Source: Candidatus Lustribacter sp.
Lineage (GTDB): Bacteria > Vulcanimicrobiota > Vulcanimicrobiia > Vulcanimicrobiales > Vulcanimicrobiaceae
Assembly (NCBI GenBank): GCA_965277805.1
Contig: OZ255842.1
Coordinates: forward strand, 768,001 to 832,000
DNA: 64,000 nt
Reading direction: 5' to 3'
Notes under the pieces: model-generated
What the model saw: only the letters and a program-made list of their open reading frames with translations
Databases searched by the model: none
Told to the model about the DNA's origin: nothing
Part shown: positions 46,459 to 55,937 of the stretch, piece by piece
Layout: each line of letters begins with the position of its first letter
How positions within the stretch are numbered: the first letter of the stretch is position 1
Made by a program: the position numbers and the translations under genes

Positions 46459-46525
46459 ACCCCCCGGGCCCCGGACCAGCTTCGGAGGCTAGGCAAAAAT
46501 GCCACCGTTGGCGAACATTGATTAG

Positions 46526-48688
46526 ATGATTGTCGAGTCGGAAGCCCTTAACGATGTTCAACAGGCCGCTGTCGAACACACCGATGGCCCGTGTTTAATC
46601 TTCGCGGGCGCCGGTTCGGGGAAGACCCGCGTGCTGACCAACCGCATCGCGTATCTCCTCAACGAGAAGAAGGTCTTCCCGGACCGCATCCTAGCCGTCA
46701 CGTTTACGAACAAGGCCGCGGCCGAGATGAAGTCCCGGATCGAAGCGATGGTCGGCGCCCCGGCGCGCGACCTCTGGGTCGGCACCTTCCACGCGATGTG
46801 CGTGCGCATGTTGCGCCGCGACGGCAAAAAGATCGGTATCGCGAGCAATTTCGCGATCATGGACGACACGGATCAAAAGCAGATCATCCGCGACATCCTT
46901 CACGATCTCGACATGGACGAACGCCAGGTGATCCCCGGCGCGGCCCTCGCTGAGATTTCGAAGGCAAAGAACAATCTCTGGTCGCCCGACGTCTACGAAG
47001 AAAAGCACCAGTCGTTCATCGGCGAACGCTATGCCGCGGTCTACCGCGAGTACGAACGCCGCCTGCAAGAATCGAACGGGCTCGACTTCGACGATCTCGT
47101 CTCGCGCACGATCGAGCTGCTGCAGAACGACGAAGAAACGCGCGTCCGCTACCAGTCGAAGTTCCGCTACGTGCTGGTCGACGAGTATCAAGACGTCAAC
47201 TTCGCGCAATACAAACTGGTCGCGCTGCTGGCCGACGAGCACAAGAACATCACGGTCGCCGGCGATGACGATCAGTCGATCGATGCCGCGCGCGGCAGCG
47301 ACTTCCACATGATCTTGAACTTCGAAAAAGACTTCAAGGGCGCGAAAACGTTCAAGTTCGAAGAGAACTTCCGTTCGTCGCAAACGATCCTCGCCGCGGC
47401 GAACGAACTGATCCTCAACAACCCCGACCGCGCGGCCAAGACGCTCGTCACCAAGCGCGGCGAAGGCGAGAAGATCACCGCGTTCCAGGCGGAGTCGGAA
47501 CGCGCCGAAGTCCGCTACGTGATGGAGAAGATCAAGGAACACGTCCGCGAGGGCTCGGCCTATCGCGACTTCCTCGTGCTCTATCGCACCAACGCCCAGT
47601 CGCGGTATTTCGAAGAAGGCTTCCTGGCCGAAGGCATCCCCTACCGCGTAGTGGGCGGCGTCGGCTTCTACGCGCGGACCGAGATCAAAGACATGCTCTC
47701 GTACCTGCGCTACATCGTGAACCCGTCCGACGCCGTGGCTTTCCGCCGCATCGTCAACGTGCCGCGCCGTTCGATCGGCCAGCAGACGCTGACGTCGCTG
47801 CTCGACGCCGCGAATGCCTCGGGTGTGTCCGTGGGCCAGGCGGTCTTTGACTCGTCCTTGCTCAAGCGCGCCGTTCCGAAGAAGCAGCGCGAACTCGAAC
47901 GTTTCGCCGAGCTGATCAACGATCTGCGCGAAAAAGCGAAGACGCTTTCGATCTCGGATCTGCTCACGGCCGTGATGGAAGAGTCGGGCTACCTGCGCGA
48001 GCTGCAGAGCGACGACACCAACGAAGGCCGCGCGCGCGTCGAGAACATGCAAGAGCTCATCGGCGTTGCCAAAGAGTTCGAAGCGAACACGGAAACCGGC
48101 ACGACGCTGGATGACTTCCTGGCCAACATCGCGCTCGTCAGCGACCTCGACACGCTCGATCCCGAGACGTCGTTCGTCACCCTGATGACGATGCAGGCGG
48201 CGAAGGGCCTCGAGTTCCCGATCGTGTTCCTGACCGGCCTCGAAGAAGGCGTCTTCCCGCACACGAAGGCGCTGACCGACAACACGGAGCTCGAAGAAGA
48301 GCGCCGTCTGGCGTACGTCGGCGTGACGCGCGCGATGGACCGGCTCTATCTCTCGTACGCTGCGCGGCGCACGCTGTTCGGCAACACGTTCTCGCATCCG
48401 AAATCACGGTTCATCGATGAGATGCCCTCGATCGAAGCGATCGGCGGTATCGGCATCGGGCCGCGTCCGGGCGGCGGCCGCTGGCGCGAAGTGTCGATCC
48501 ACGAAAACGCCGGCGCGGGCGTGGGCCTCGGCCTCGCTGCGGGCGACCGCGTGCGCCATCCGAAATGGGGCGAAGGGCTCGTCGTCGACATCGCCGGAGC
48601 CGGCGCCGACGGACTGCTGACCATCAACTTCCCGAACGTCGGACAGAAGATGGTCATGCTCAAGTACGCTCCTCTCGAGCGAGTATAA
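46526..48688 (+). CDS. pcrA: PcrA/UvrD helicase paralog, copy 2 (motifs III and V altered)
   Basis: Same architecture; QSIDAARG, ENFRS, TMQAAKGLE. Confidence 0.9.
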   Translation: MIVESEALNDVQQAAVEHTDGPCLIFAGAGSGKTRVLTNRIAYLLNEKKVFPDRILAVTFTNKAAAEMKSRIEAMVGAPARDLWVGTFHAMCVRMLRRDGKKIGIASNFAIMDDTDQKQIIRDILHDLDMDERQVIPGAALAEISKAKNNLWSPDVYEEKHQSFIGERYAAVYREYERRLQESNGLDFDDLVSRTIELLQNDEETRVRYQSKFRYVLVDEYQDVNFAQYKLVALLADEHKNITVAGDDDQSIDAARGSDFHMILNFEKDFKGAKTFKFEENFRSSQTILAAANELILNNPDRAAKTLVTKRGEGEKITAFQAESERAEVRYVMEKIKEHVREGSAYRDFLVLYRTNAQSRYFEEGFLAEGIPYRVVGGVGFYARTEIKDMLSYLRYIVNPSDAVAFRRIVNVPRRSIGQQTLTSLLDAANASGVSVGQAVFDSSLLKRAVPKKQRELERFAELINDLREKAKTLSISDLLTAVMEESGYLRELQSDDTNEGRARVENMQELIGVAKEFEANTETGTTLDDFLANIALVSDLDTLDPETSFVTLMTMQAAKGLEFPIVFLTGLEEGVFPHTKALTDNTELEEERRLAYVGVTRAMDRLYLSYAARRTLFGNTFSHPKSRFIDEMPSIEAIGGIGIGPRPGGGRWREVSIHENAGAGVGLGLAAGDRVRHPKWGEGLVVDIAGAGADGLLTINFPNVGQKMVMLKYAPLERV

Positions 48689-48692
48689 TTCG

Positions 48693-49433
48693 GTGCGCGT
48701 CGGCGTTGCCGGCGCGCTCGGCCGGCTCGGTAGTGTGGCATGCTCTGCGGTCAGCTCGGCCGACGGCCTCGAGCTGGTTGCGGCGTTCGATCGCGACTTT
48801 GCCGGCGAGCGGTTAGCCGCGCGCATCGGCGTCGGCGGCGATGCGCTCATCTTCGATAAGCTCGAGGCGTTCTATGCTACCGGTATGGACGTCGTCGTCG
48901 ACTGCACGATCTATCCGGTCACGGTGGAAGTCGCGCACGTCGCGCTCGCCAAGGGCATCTCGCCCGTGATCGCGGCGACCGGCCGAAGCGACGCCGATAT
49001 CGTCGCGCTCGCGGCGGATTGCGAGGACCGCGGCGTGCCCGGCATGCTCGTCCCCAACTTCTCGGTCGGCGCCGTCTTGATGATGAAGCTGGCCGTCGAA
49101 GCGGCGAAGGTGATGCCGCACGTCGAAATCATCGAGCTGCACCACGAAGCGAAGAAAGATGCGCCCAGCGGTACGGCCAAACTTACTGCCCGGCGCATCG
49201 CCGAGGCGGGCGGACCGGCCGACGTGCCGATCCATAGCGTCCGGCTGCCCGGATACGTCGCGCACCAGGAAGTGCTCTTCGGCGGTCTCGGCGAGACGCT
49301 TACCATTCGTCACGATTCCCTCTCGCGCGATTCGTTCGGGCCGGGGATCGTTCTGGCGGCTAAAACTGTTCGCAAGCTGACGGGCTTGACGATCGGACTT
49401 GAATCCCTACTTTTTCCGGAGGTTATCTCGTGA
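48693..49433 (+). CDS. dapB: 4-hydroxy-tetrahydrodipicolinate reductase
   Basis: GALGRLG, PNFSVG, ELHHEAKKDAPSGTA. Confidence 0.95.
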   Translation: MRVGVAGALGRLGSVACSAVSSADGLELVAAFDRDFAGERLAARIGVGGDALIFDKLEAFYATGMDVVVDCTIYPVTVEVAHVALAKGISPVIAATGRSDADIVALAADCEDRGVPGMLVPNFSVGAVLMMKLAVEAAKVMPHVEIIELHHEAKKDAPSGTAKLTARRIAEAGGPADVPIHSVRLPGYVAHQEVLFGGLGETLTIRHDSLSRDSFGPGIVLAAKTVRKLTGLTIGLESLLFPEVIS

Positions 49434-50431
49434 GGGTCGCGGTTATCGGTGCAACGGGCGTGGTGGGGGAAACGATCCTCCGAGTGCTCGAGGAACGAAA
49501 GGTTCCGGTCGACACGCTCTTAGCCTATGCGTCGCGCGAACGCGACAACGCCGTGATGTTTCACGGTGCGTCGTTGCCCGTTGCGGTGGCAACGTCGGCG
49601 CGCATCATCGCCGACAAACCACACGTGGCGTTCTTCGCATCGAGCGACGACGCGAGCGCGGAGATGGCGAATGCACTAGCCGATGCCGGCATCATCGTGA
49701 TCGACAACTCGTCGACGTTCCGGCTCGATCCGGCCTGCCCGCTGGTCGTGCCCGAGGTCAATCCCGAGTCGATCCATGCGAGCCATCGCATCTTTCCGGT
49801 CGGTAACTGCACGGCGATCGTGCTGTGCGTCGGGCTCGCTCCGATCGAGCGCAAGGTCGGGCTGAAGTCCGTGCGCGTGTCGACGTATCAGGCCGTCAGC
49901 GGCGCGGGCCGCGCCGGACTCGATACGCTGGCCGATGAGGAAGCGGGCAAAGCGCCCAACGGCACGTTCGCCGCGCCGATTCTCCATAACGTCGTGCCGC
50001 AAGTCGGTTCGTTCAGCGGTATCGGGAACAACGGCGAAGAGGACAAGGTCGCGCAAGAGACGCGCAAGACGCTCAACCGTCCGGACCTGCACGTCGCCGC
50101 CACGTGCGTGCGCGTTCCGGTGCGCCGCGCGCACAGCGAAACGGTGTTCTTCGAAACCGAACGTCCGACGAGCCTCGAAGAGCTCGGCGATGCGCTGGCA
50201 TCGGCCAAGGGCGTGGTGTTCCACGACCGCGGCATCGTCACGCCGCTCGACGTCGAGAATACCGACGTCGTGCACGTGGCGCGCCTGCGTCCCGAAACGG
50301 AAAACGATGACACGCGCTTCATGATGTGGGTCGTCGGCGACCAGCTTCGTAAGGGTGCTGCCACGAACGGCGTGCAGATCCTCGAACTGCTGGTCGAGCA
50401 AGGCCGGTTCGCAACGGCGGCAGCGCGATGA
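49430..50431 (+). CDS. asd: Aspartate-semialdehyde dehydrogenase
   Basis: GATGVVG, DNSSTFR, NCT, YQAVSGAG, CVRVP, LRKGAA. Confidence 0.95.
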   Translation: MRVAVIGATGVVGETILRVLEERKVPVDTLLAYASRERDNAVMFHGASLPVAVATSARIIADKPHVAFFASSDDASAEMANALADAGIIVIDNSSTFRLDPACPLVVPEVNPESIHASHRIFPVGNCTAIVLCVGLAPIERKVGLKSVRVSTYQAVSGAGRAGLDTLADEEAGKAPNGTFAAPILHNVVPQVGSFSGIGNNGEEDKVAQETRKTLNRPDLHVAATCVRVPVRRAHSETVFFETERPTSLEELGDALASAKGVVFHDRGIVTPLDVENTDVVHVARLRPETENDDTRFMMWVVGDQLRKGAATNGVQILELLVEQGRFATAAAR

Positions 50432-51645
50432 GCATCGTCGTCCAGAAATTCGGCGGGTCATCCGTCTCCACGCCCGAGCTCCGCGAGATCGCGGCGTCGC
50501 GCGTGCTCGAAAGCGCGCGCAGCGGCAACCAAGTCGTGGTAGTCGTCAGCGCGATGGGCCGTCTGCCCGATCCGTACGCGACCGACACGCTGCTCGGCTT
50601 GATCGGCCCCGTACGCGGCGGACCGAATCGCGATCTGCTGTTGGCGGTCGGTGAGATGATCTCGGCGGCGGTGTTCGCCGAACTGCTCACCTCGCTCGGC
50701 GCACCCGCGCAGGCAATGACCGGTGGCCAAGCCGGCATCCTGACCGACGACAATTACGGCGACGCGCGCATTCTCAGCGTCGACACGACCACCATTCGCA
50801 AGGCGCTCGACGCGGGCGTGATCCCGGTCGTCACCGGCTTCCAAGGGCACACGCGCAGCGGCGGCGTTTCGACGCTCGGCCGCGGCGGCAGCGACCTCAC
50901 TGCCGTCGCGCTCGGCGATGCGCTCAAGGCCGCGTCGGTCGACATCTTCACCGACGTCAGCGGCGTCTTCACCGCCGATCCGCGCCGCGTTGCAGACGCG
51001 CATGCGGTCGACCGCGTGTCGCCGGCCGAAATGGTCGAGCTCGCCGGTAACGGCGCGAAGGTGATGCACCACAAGGCGGCGGAGCTCGCGCACAACACCA
51101 GCACGCCGTACGCGGTGAAGGGTCTGCGCAGCAACGTCGGCACGATGATCGACGACGACGCGCCGGTGGATCCGGGCCGTCCGGTCACCGGCATCGCGGC
51201 ATTGCGCAACGTGGCGTTCTTCCGCGTAATCCAAGGACTCAGCGATGAAGGCGGCCGTGCGACGCTCGATCGCGAGCTCTTCGACCGGCTGGCGGCGAAG
51301 AATATCTCGATCGACATGATCAACGTCAACGACGCCGGCGTGTTCTTCGTCTGCGATGATGAGAACGTCGAGAACGTACGCGCCGAACTGCACAACCTCA
51401 ACCTCGCGCTGCGGGTACGCACGCACTGTGCAAAGCTCTCGATCGTCGGCGCCGGAATGCGCGGCACGCCGGGCGTCATGGCCGGGGTCGTGCGAGCGAT
51501 CACCGACGCGGCGGTCGAGATCATCCATTCGACCGACTCGAATATCACGATCTCGCTGCTCGTCCCCGACGAGATGGCCGGCAAAGCCGAACAGGCGCTG
51601 CACGACTACTTCGCGCTTGGGCCACAAACGGCAGCCGTCTCATGA
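50428..51645 (+). CDS. lysC: Aspartate kinase
   Basis: VQKFGGSS, VVSAMG, TLGRGGSD, ADPR, ACT domains. Confidence 0.93.
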   Translation: MSIVVQKFGGSSVSTPELREIAASRVLESARSGNQVVVVVSAMGRLPDPYATDTLLGLIGPVRGGPNRDLLLAVGEMISAAVFAELLTSLGAPAQAMTGGQAGILTDDNYGDARILSVDTTTIRKALDAGVIPVVTGFQGHTRSGGVSTLGRGGSDLTAVALGDALKAASVDIFTDVSGVFTADPRRVADAHAVDRVSPAEMVELAGNGAKVMHHKAAELAHNTSTPYAVKGLRSNVGTMIDDDAPVDPGRPVTGIAALRNVAFFRVIQGLSDEGGRATLDRELFDRLAAKNISIDMINVNDAGVFFVCDDENVENVRAELHNLNLALRVRTHCAKLSIVGAGMRGTPGVMAGVVRAITDAAVEIIHSTDSNITISLLVPDEMAGKAEQALHDYFALGPQTAAVS

Positions 51646-52529
51646 AGGCGCTCGGGCGCCTTTTCACGGCGATGATCACGCCCTTCGATGCGAAGGGCGC
51701 GGTCAACGTCGGCGAAGCCGTCCGTCTGGCGCAGTTCCTCGTCGATCGCGGGAACGACGGGCTGATCGTCGCCGGCACCACCGGCGAGTCCCCCGCGCTC
51801 GAGACCGATGAGAAGCTGGCGCTCTTCGGCGCGATCAAGTCGGCGCTCGGGAAAAAAGCGACCGTCATCGCCGGGACGACCGGAAACAACACGCACCACT
51901 CGGTCGAACTGACCAAAGAAGCGACGAAAACCGGCGTCGACGGGATCCTCGCCGTCGTTCCGTATTACAGCAAGCCGCCGCAAGACGGGTTGCTCAAACA
52001 TTTCGGCGCGATCGCCGAAGCGACGACGCTGCCGATCGTGCTCTACAACATCCCCGGCCGCACCAACGTCAACATGCTGCCGGAGACCGTGCACGAACTC
52101 GTGCGGCGCCATCCGAACATCGTCGCGATCAAAGAGTCCAGCGGCAACGTCGAGCAGTTCACCTCGCTCGTCCGCGACCGCGTGCGCGAAGACTTCACCG
52201 TCTACTCGGGCGACGATTACTTCTATCTGCCTTCGCTCGCGCTCGGTGCCTACGGCTGCATCAGCGTTGCCGCGCACGTTTGCGCGCGCGAACTGCGCGC
52301 TATGGCCGATGCGTACGATAACGGCGACATCGAAACGGCCGGCCGCCTGCACCGCGACTTGCAGGCGCTCTTCACCGCGCTGTTCGCGCATCCGAGCCCG
52401 ATCCCGGTGAAGTGGGCGATGAACGAATTCGGTTTCGCGGCTGGTGCGTGCCGGCCGCCGATGGGCGAGATGCCGGAGAGCCTCAAGGCCGTAATGCGGC
52501 CGCTCATCGCGCCGTTCCGGCCGGAGTGA
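51642..52529 (+). CDS. dapA: 4-hydroxy-tetrahydrodipicolinate synthase
   Basis: GTTGES, PYYSKP, YNIPGRT, IKES, SGDD. Confidence 0.95.
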   Translation: MKALGRLFTAMITPFDAKGAVNVGEAVRLAQFLVDRGNDGLIVAGTTGESPALETDEKLALFGAIKSALGKKATVIAGTTGNNTHHSVELTKEATKTGVDGILAVVPYYSKPPQDGLLKHFGAIAEATTLPIVLYNIPGRTNVNMLPETVHELVRRHPNIVAIKESSGNVEQFTSLVRDRVREDFTVYSGDDYFYLPSLALGAYGCISVAAHVCARELRAMADAYDNGDIETAGRLHRDLQALFTALFAHPSPIPVKWAMNEFGFAAGACRPPMGEMPESLKAVMRPLIAPFRPE

Positions 52530-52530
52530 T

Positions 52531-53280
52531 CCGACGGAACCTTCCATCCACATCCTCGGCTGCCGCGTCGATGCGCTGACCCGCGACGAAGCGGTTGCGC
52601 GCATCGCGGAACTCGCGCATGGACCGAGCCCCGCGCTGGTCGTGACGCTCGGCGTCGAGATGACGATGTACGCGCAGCGCGACGCGCGCTTTCGTTCGCT
52701 CGTCAACAATTCGGCGCTGTCGTTGTGCGACACGATCGGGATCTTGCTCGCATCGCGCGCGCGTCACGGACCATTGCGCGAGCGCGTGACCGGCGTCGAC
52801 TTGATCGAACCGCTGGCAAAACGTTCGGCCGCGGGTGAGGATTTGCGGTTCTTCTTTTTCGGCGGCGCGTCGGGTGTCGCGGAGCGCGCAGCGATCGCGC
52901 TGCAGCATCGGTTTCCGGGCGTGCAGATCGCCGGCACGCGCGACGGGTACTTCGCGCCCGGACAGAGCCCGACGATTGTCGCATCGATCGTTGCGAGTAA
53001 GGCTAACGTCTTACTGGTGGGGCTGGGAAGTCCGAAGCAAGAATATTGGCTCGAGGATTATCTCGATGCGACGAAGTGCGGCGTCGGCATGGGCGTCGGT
53101 GGTTCATTCGACGTTTTGGCGGGAACGGTACCCCGGGCGCCGCTCCTGTGGCGGCGTCTCGGTCTCGAGTGGCTCTATCGGCTCATTCGCGAACCGTCAC
53201 GGTGGCGACGTCAACTCGCACTTCCACGTTTTGCTTTCGCGGCGACGCGCGAAGCTCTGACCGAGAGAGGAAGTCGTTAA
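52531..53280 (+). CDS. WecB/TagA/CpsF family glycosyltransferase (start uncertain)
   Basis: ILGCRVD, RVTGVDL, GLGSPKQE, GVGGSFD, GLEWLYRL; first in-frame GTG only at 52642. Confidence 0.88.
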   Translation, partial: PTEPSIHILGCRVDALTRDEAVARIAELAHGPSPALVVTLGVEMTMYAQRDARFRSLVNNSALSLCDTIGILLASRARHGPLRERVTGVDLIEPLAKRSAAGEDLRFFFFGGASGVAERAAIALQHRFPGVQIAGTRDGYFAPGQSPTIVASIVASKANVLLVGLGSPKQEYWLEDYLDATKCGVGMGVGGSFDVLAGTVPRAPLLWRRLGLEWLYRLIREPSRWRRQLALPRFAFAATREALTERGSR

Positions 53281-53282
53281 CA

Positions 53283-54317
53283 GTGAACTTAGCAAAAGCG
53301 ATGATACTCGCCGGGGGGATGAGCACACGCCTCTATCCGCTGACGAAACAAGTTCCGAAGCCGCTGGTTCCGGTCGCCGGCGAACCGATCAGCGCGCACA
53401 TCATGCGCTGGCTCGCGTCGTTCGGGTACACCGATGTCGCGATCAACATCCACTACCTCTCCGAACTGATCCGGAGTTCGTTCGGCGACGGGTCGCAATA
53501 CGGCGTGAAACTGAACTATTCGTTCGAGCCCGAGCTCATGGGCAGCGCGGGTGCGGTCAAGCTCTTGCAGACGTTCTTCGACGGCACGTTCGTTGTCGTC
53601 GGCTGTGACGATCTCACCGATGCGAATCTCGAAGCGCTCGTTAGCTTCCACAAAGAGCGCGGCGCGCTCGCGACGATCGGTCTGATCGAGGCCGAAGAAG
53701 TCGATCAGTACGGCGTCGTCATCACGAACGACCGCGGCCGCATCCTCGAGTTTCAGGAGAAGCCGGCGAAGGGCACGGAACGCTCGAAGCTCGTGAACAC
53801 CGGCATCTACGTGTTCGAACCGGAGATTTTCGACTACATTCCGGCCGCGACGTTTTATGATTTCGGTCGCAATGTGTTTCCGGCGATTTTGGAGGCCGGG
53901 CTCGATTTCTACGGGATGCGGCTGGCCGGAGCGTATTGGCGCGACATCGGCACGCCCTCGGAGTACCGTCAGGCGACGACCGACGTTTTGGCCGGACGCG
54001 TCCATCTGCGCGGTGCGCGCGCGACTGGAGTACCGGCCGACGTGCGCCTCGGGAACGACGTGCGCATCGAAGGCGACGTGCGCTTAGGCAGCAACGTGAT
54101 CGTCGGCCGCCGCGTGCGGATCGTCGGGCCGTCGGTCATCGGTGACAACGTGCGCATCGGCGACGAGGCCGTCATCGAGCGCTCGATCATCTGGGATGCG
54201 GTCACCCTCGGCGATCGCACCGACGTCCGCGATTCCATCATCGGCATCGGCTACGACGTTCCGGCCGACACCTCGCTCGTCGATCGCATCGTCGCCAACG
54301 AACCGATCGCAACCTAG
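53283..54317 (+). CDS. NDP-sugar pyrophosphorylase family protein
   Basis: LAGGMSTRLYPLT...PKP, FQEKP, YWRDIG, hexapeptide repeats. Confidence 0.9.
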   Translation: MNLAKAMILAGGMSTRLYPLTKQVPKPLVPVAGEPISAHIMRWLASFGYTDVAINIHYLSELIRSSFGDGSQYGVKLNYSFEPELMGSAGAVKLLQTFFDGTFVVVGCDDLTDANLEALVSFHKERGALATIGLIEAEEVDQYGVVITNDRGRILEFQEKPAKGTERSKLVNTGIYVFEPEIFDYIPAATFYDFGRNVFPAILEAGLDFYGMRLAGAYWRDIGTPSEYRQATTDVLAGRVHLRGARATGVPADVRLGNDVRIEGDVRLGSNVIVGRRVRIVGPSVIGDNVRIGDEAVIERSIIWDAVTLGDRTDVRDSIIGIGYDVPADTSLVDRIVANEPIAT

Positions 54318-54348
54318 CCGCACGCCGAATGCGGCGTGAGGGGACGGC

Positions 54349-54978
54349 ATGTGGGCGGCGATCCGGCCCTGGCTCTTTCCCGTCTGGTGCATCGGCTGCG
54401 GCGAGCCGGATGTCGGACTGTGCCCCGCCTGCGCCGCCATGGCCCGGCCGGTGGCCGTCTCCCTCGACGGTCTGGCGGTCGGCGCGGCCGGCGACTATGA
54501 GGGTGCGGTGCGCGAGGCCATCCTTGCCATGAAGCGCGGCGAGCGGGCTTACCTCGACCCCTTGGCGGCTCTGCTGGCGCCGCTGATCGAGCCGGGCAGC
54601 ATCATCGTGCCGGTCGCCACGACGCGCAAGCGGGCTGCCCAGCGCGGCTTCGATCAAGGGCGCGAGTTGGCGCGGCGCGTCGCGGAGATCCGTTCGGCGA
54701 CGTGCGAGGACGTGCTGGTCAAGCGCGGTGGCGCACAGCGCGGGCTGGGCCGTGGCGAGCGCCTGCAGGCCGAGGGCCGGTTCGCCGTGCGACGCGGCGC
54801 CTTGGTGCCGTCGAGCGCGGTGCTGCTCGACGACGTCGTCACGACCGGCGCGACCCTGCACGACGCAGCCTCCGCGCTGGCAGCCGCCGGCTGCAGCGTC
54901 GACGGGGCGGTCGTCGTGGCGCGGACGCCGCCGGGCCGCGAAACCCAGCGCGGCGGCCGAAGGTTGGGCGGAGCGTGA
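54349..54978 (+). CDS. comF: ComF family phosphoribosyltransferase
   Basis: CIGC...CPAC, RGFDQ, LLDDVVTTGATL. Confidence 0.87.
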   Translation: MWAAIRPWLFPVWCIGCGEPDVGLCPACAAMARPVAVSLDGLAVGAAGDYEGAVREAILAMKRGERAYLDPLAALLAPLIEPGSIIVPVATTRKRAAQRGFDQGRELARRVAEIRSATCEDVLVKRGGAQRGLGRGERLQAEGRFAVRRGALVPSSAVLLDDVVTTGATLHDAASALAAAGCSVDGAVVVARTPPGRETQRGGRRLGGA

Positions 54979-55256
54979 AAGCCATTTGGAACGGCGCCGT
55001 GCTCGCCGAAAGCAACAGCACCGAAGTCGTCGAGGGTAACCAGTACTTCCCGCCCGACTCGATCAAGCGCGAATATTTCAAGCCCAGCGCGACCACGAGC
55101 GTTTGCCCGTGGAAGGGCACCGCGTCGTACTACACCGTCGATGTGAACGGCAAGCAGAATGCCGACGCCGCCTGGTACTATCCGGCGGCCAAAGATGCGG
55201 CCAAGAACATCGAGGGATACGTTGCGTTTTGGAAGGGTGTCGAGGTTCAGCCGTAG
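54975..55256 (+). CDS. DUF427 domain protein
   Basis: AIWNGAVLAES, VEGNQYFP, CPWKGTASYY. Confidence 0.9.
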   Translation: MKAIWNGAVLAESNSTEVVEGNQYFPPDSIKREYFKPSATTSVCPWKGTASYYTVDVNGKQNADAAWYYPAAKDAAKNIEGYVAFWKGVEVQP

Positions 55257-55268
55257 ACCCTCTACCCG

Positions 55269-55922
55269 ATGTTTAGCGGGCTCATCAGCCACCTCGGCCG
55301 CGTCGCGTCGCTGCGCGGCGATCTGCGCAACGGCATGGTTCTCACGGTGGAAGCACCCGACGCCATCGCCGAGGGCGTCGCGGAGAAAGACTCGATCGCC
55401 GTCAACGGCGTTTGCTTGACCGTCGTAAAGTTCGACGCGCGCACGCTGACGTTCGACATCGTGCCGGAGAGCATCATCCGCGCGGGCATCGACGAGCTGC
55501 ATGAAGGCGACCCGGTCAATGTCGAGCTCTCCCTGCGTCTGGGCGACCGGCTAGGCGGCCATCTCGTCTACGGCCACGTCGACGCGAACGCGGCGATCGT
55601 CGGGAAGCCGGTCGAGGGCCAAGGACATCGGCTCACGATCGAACGTCCGGCCGCAATCGAACGTTTCATCGTGGAGAAGGGCTTCATCGCGATCGACGGC
55701 GTCAGCCTCACGATCGCCTCGGTGACGCCGGAGTATTTCACGATTGCACTGATTCCGGAAACCTCACGCCGTACGACGCTCGGAACGAAAGGCGTCGGCG
55801 CGCGCGTGAACATCGAGATCGATCCGGTCGCGCGCTATGCGTTTGCCGCGGTCGATGCGTACCGCAGCGTGGATGATGCCGGCGCGACCGATGCCGAACT
55901 CGCCTGGGCCTACGAAATCTAA
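55269..55922 (+). CDS. ribE: Riboflavin synthase
   Basis: MFSGLI, SIAVNGVCLT, LGGHLVYGHVD, KGFIAIDGVSLT. Confidence 0.95.
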   Translation: MFSGLISHLGRVASLRGDLRNGMVLTVEAPDAIAEGVAEKDSIAVNGVCLTVVKFDARTLTFDIVPESIIRAGIDELHEGDPVNVELSLRLGDRLGGHLVYGHVDANAAIVGKPVEGQGHRLTIERPAAIERFIVEKGFIAIDGVSLTIASVTPEYFTIALIPETSRRTTLGTKGVGARVNIEIDPVARYAFAAVDAYRSVDDAGATDAELAWAYEI

Positions 55923-55937
55923 ACGGAGGAAACACCC

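Noticed and set aside
44176-48397. Long antisense ORFs (641 aa, 568 aa) opposite the helicases, and similar shadow ORFs across the window
   Set aside because: Expected from high-GC codon bias; no motifs and fully overlapping well-supported genes
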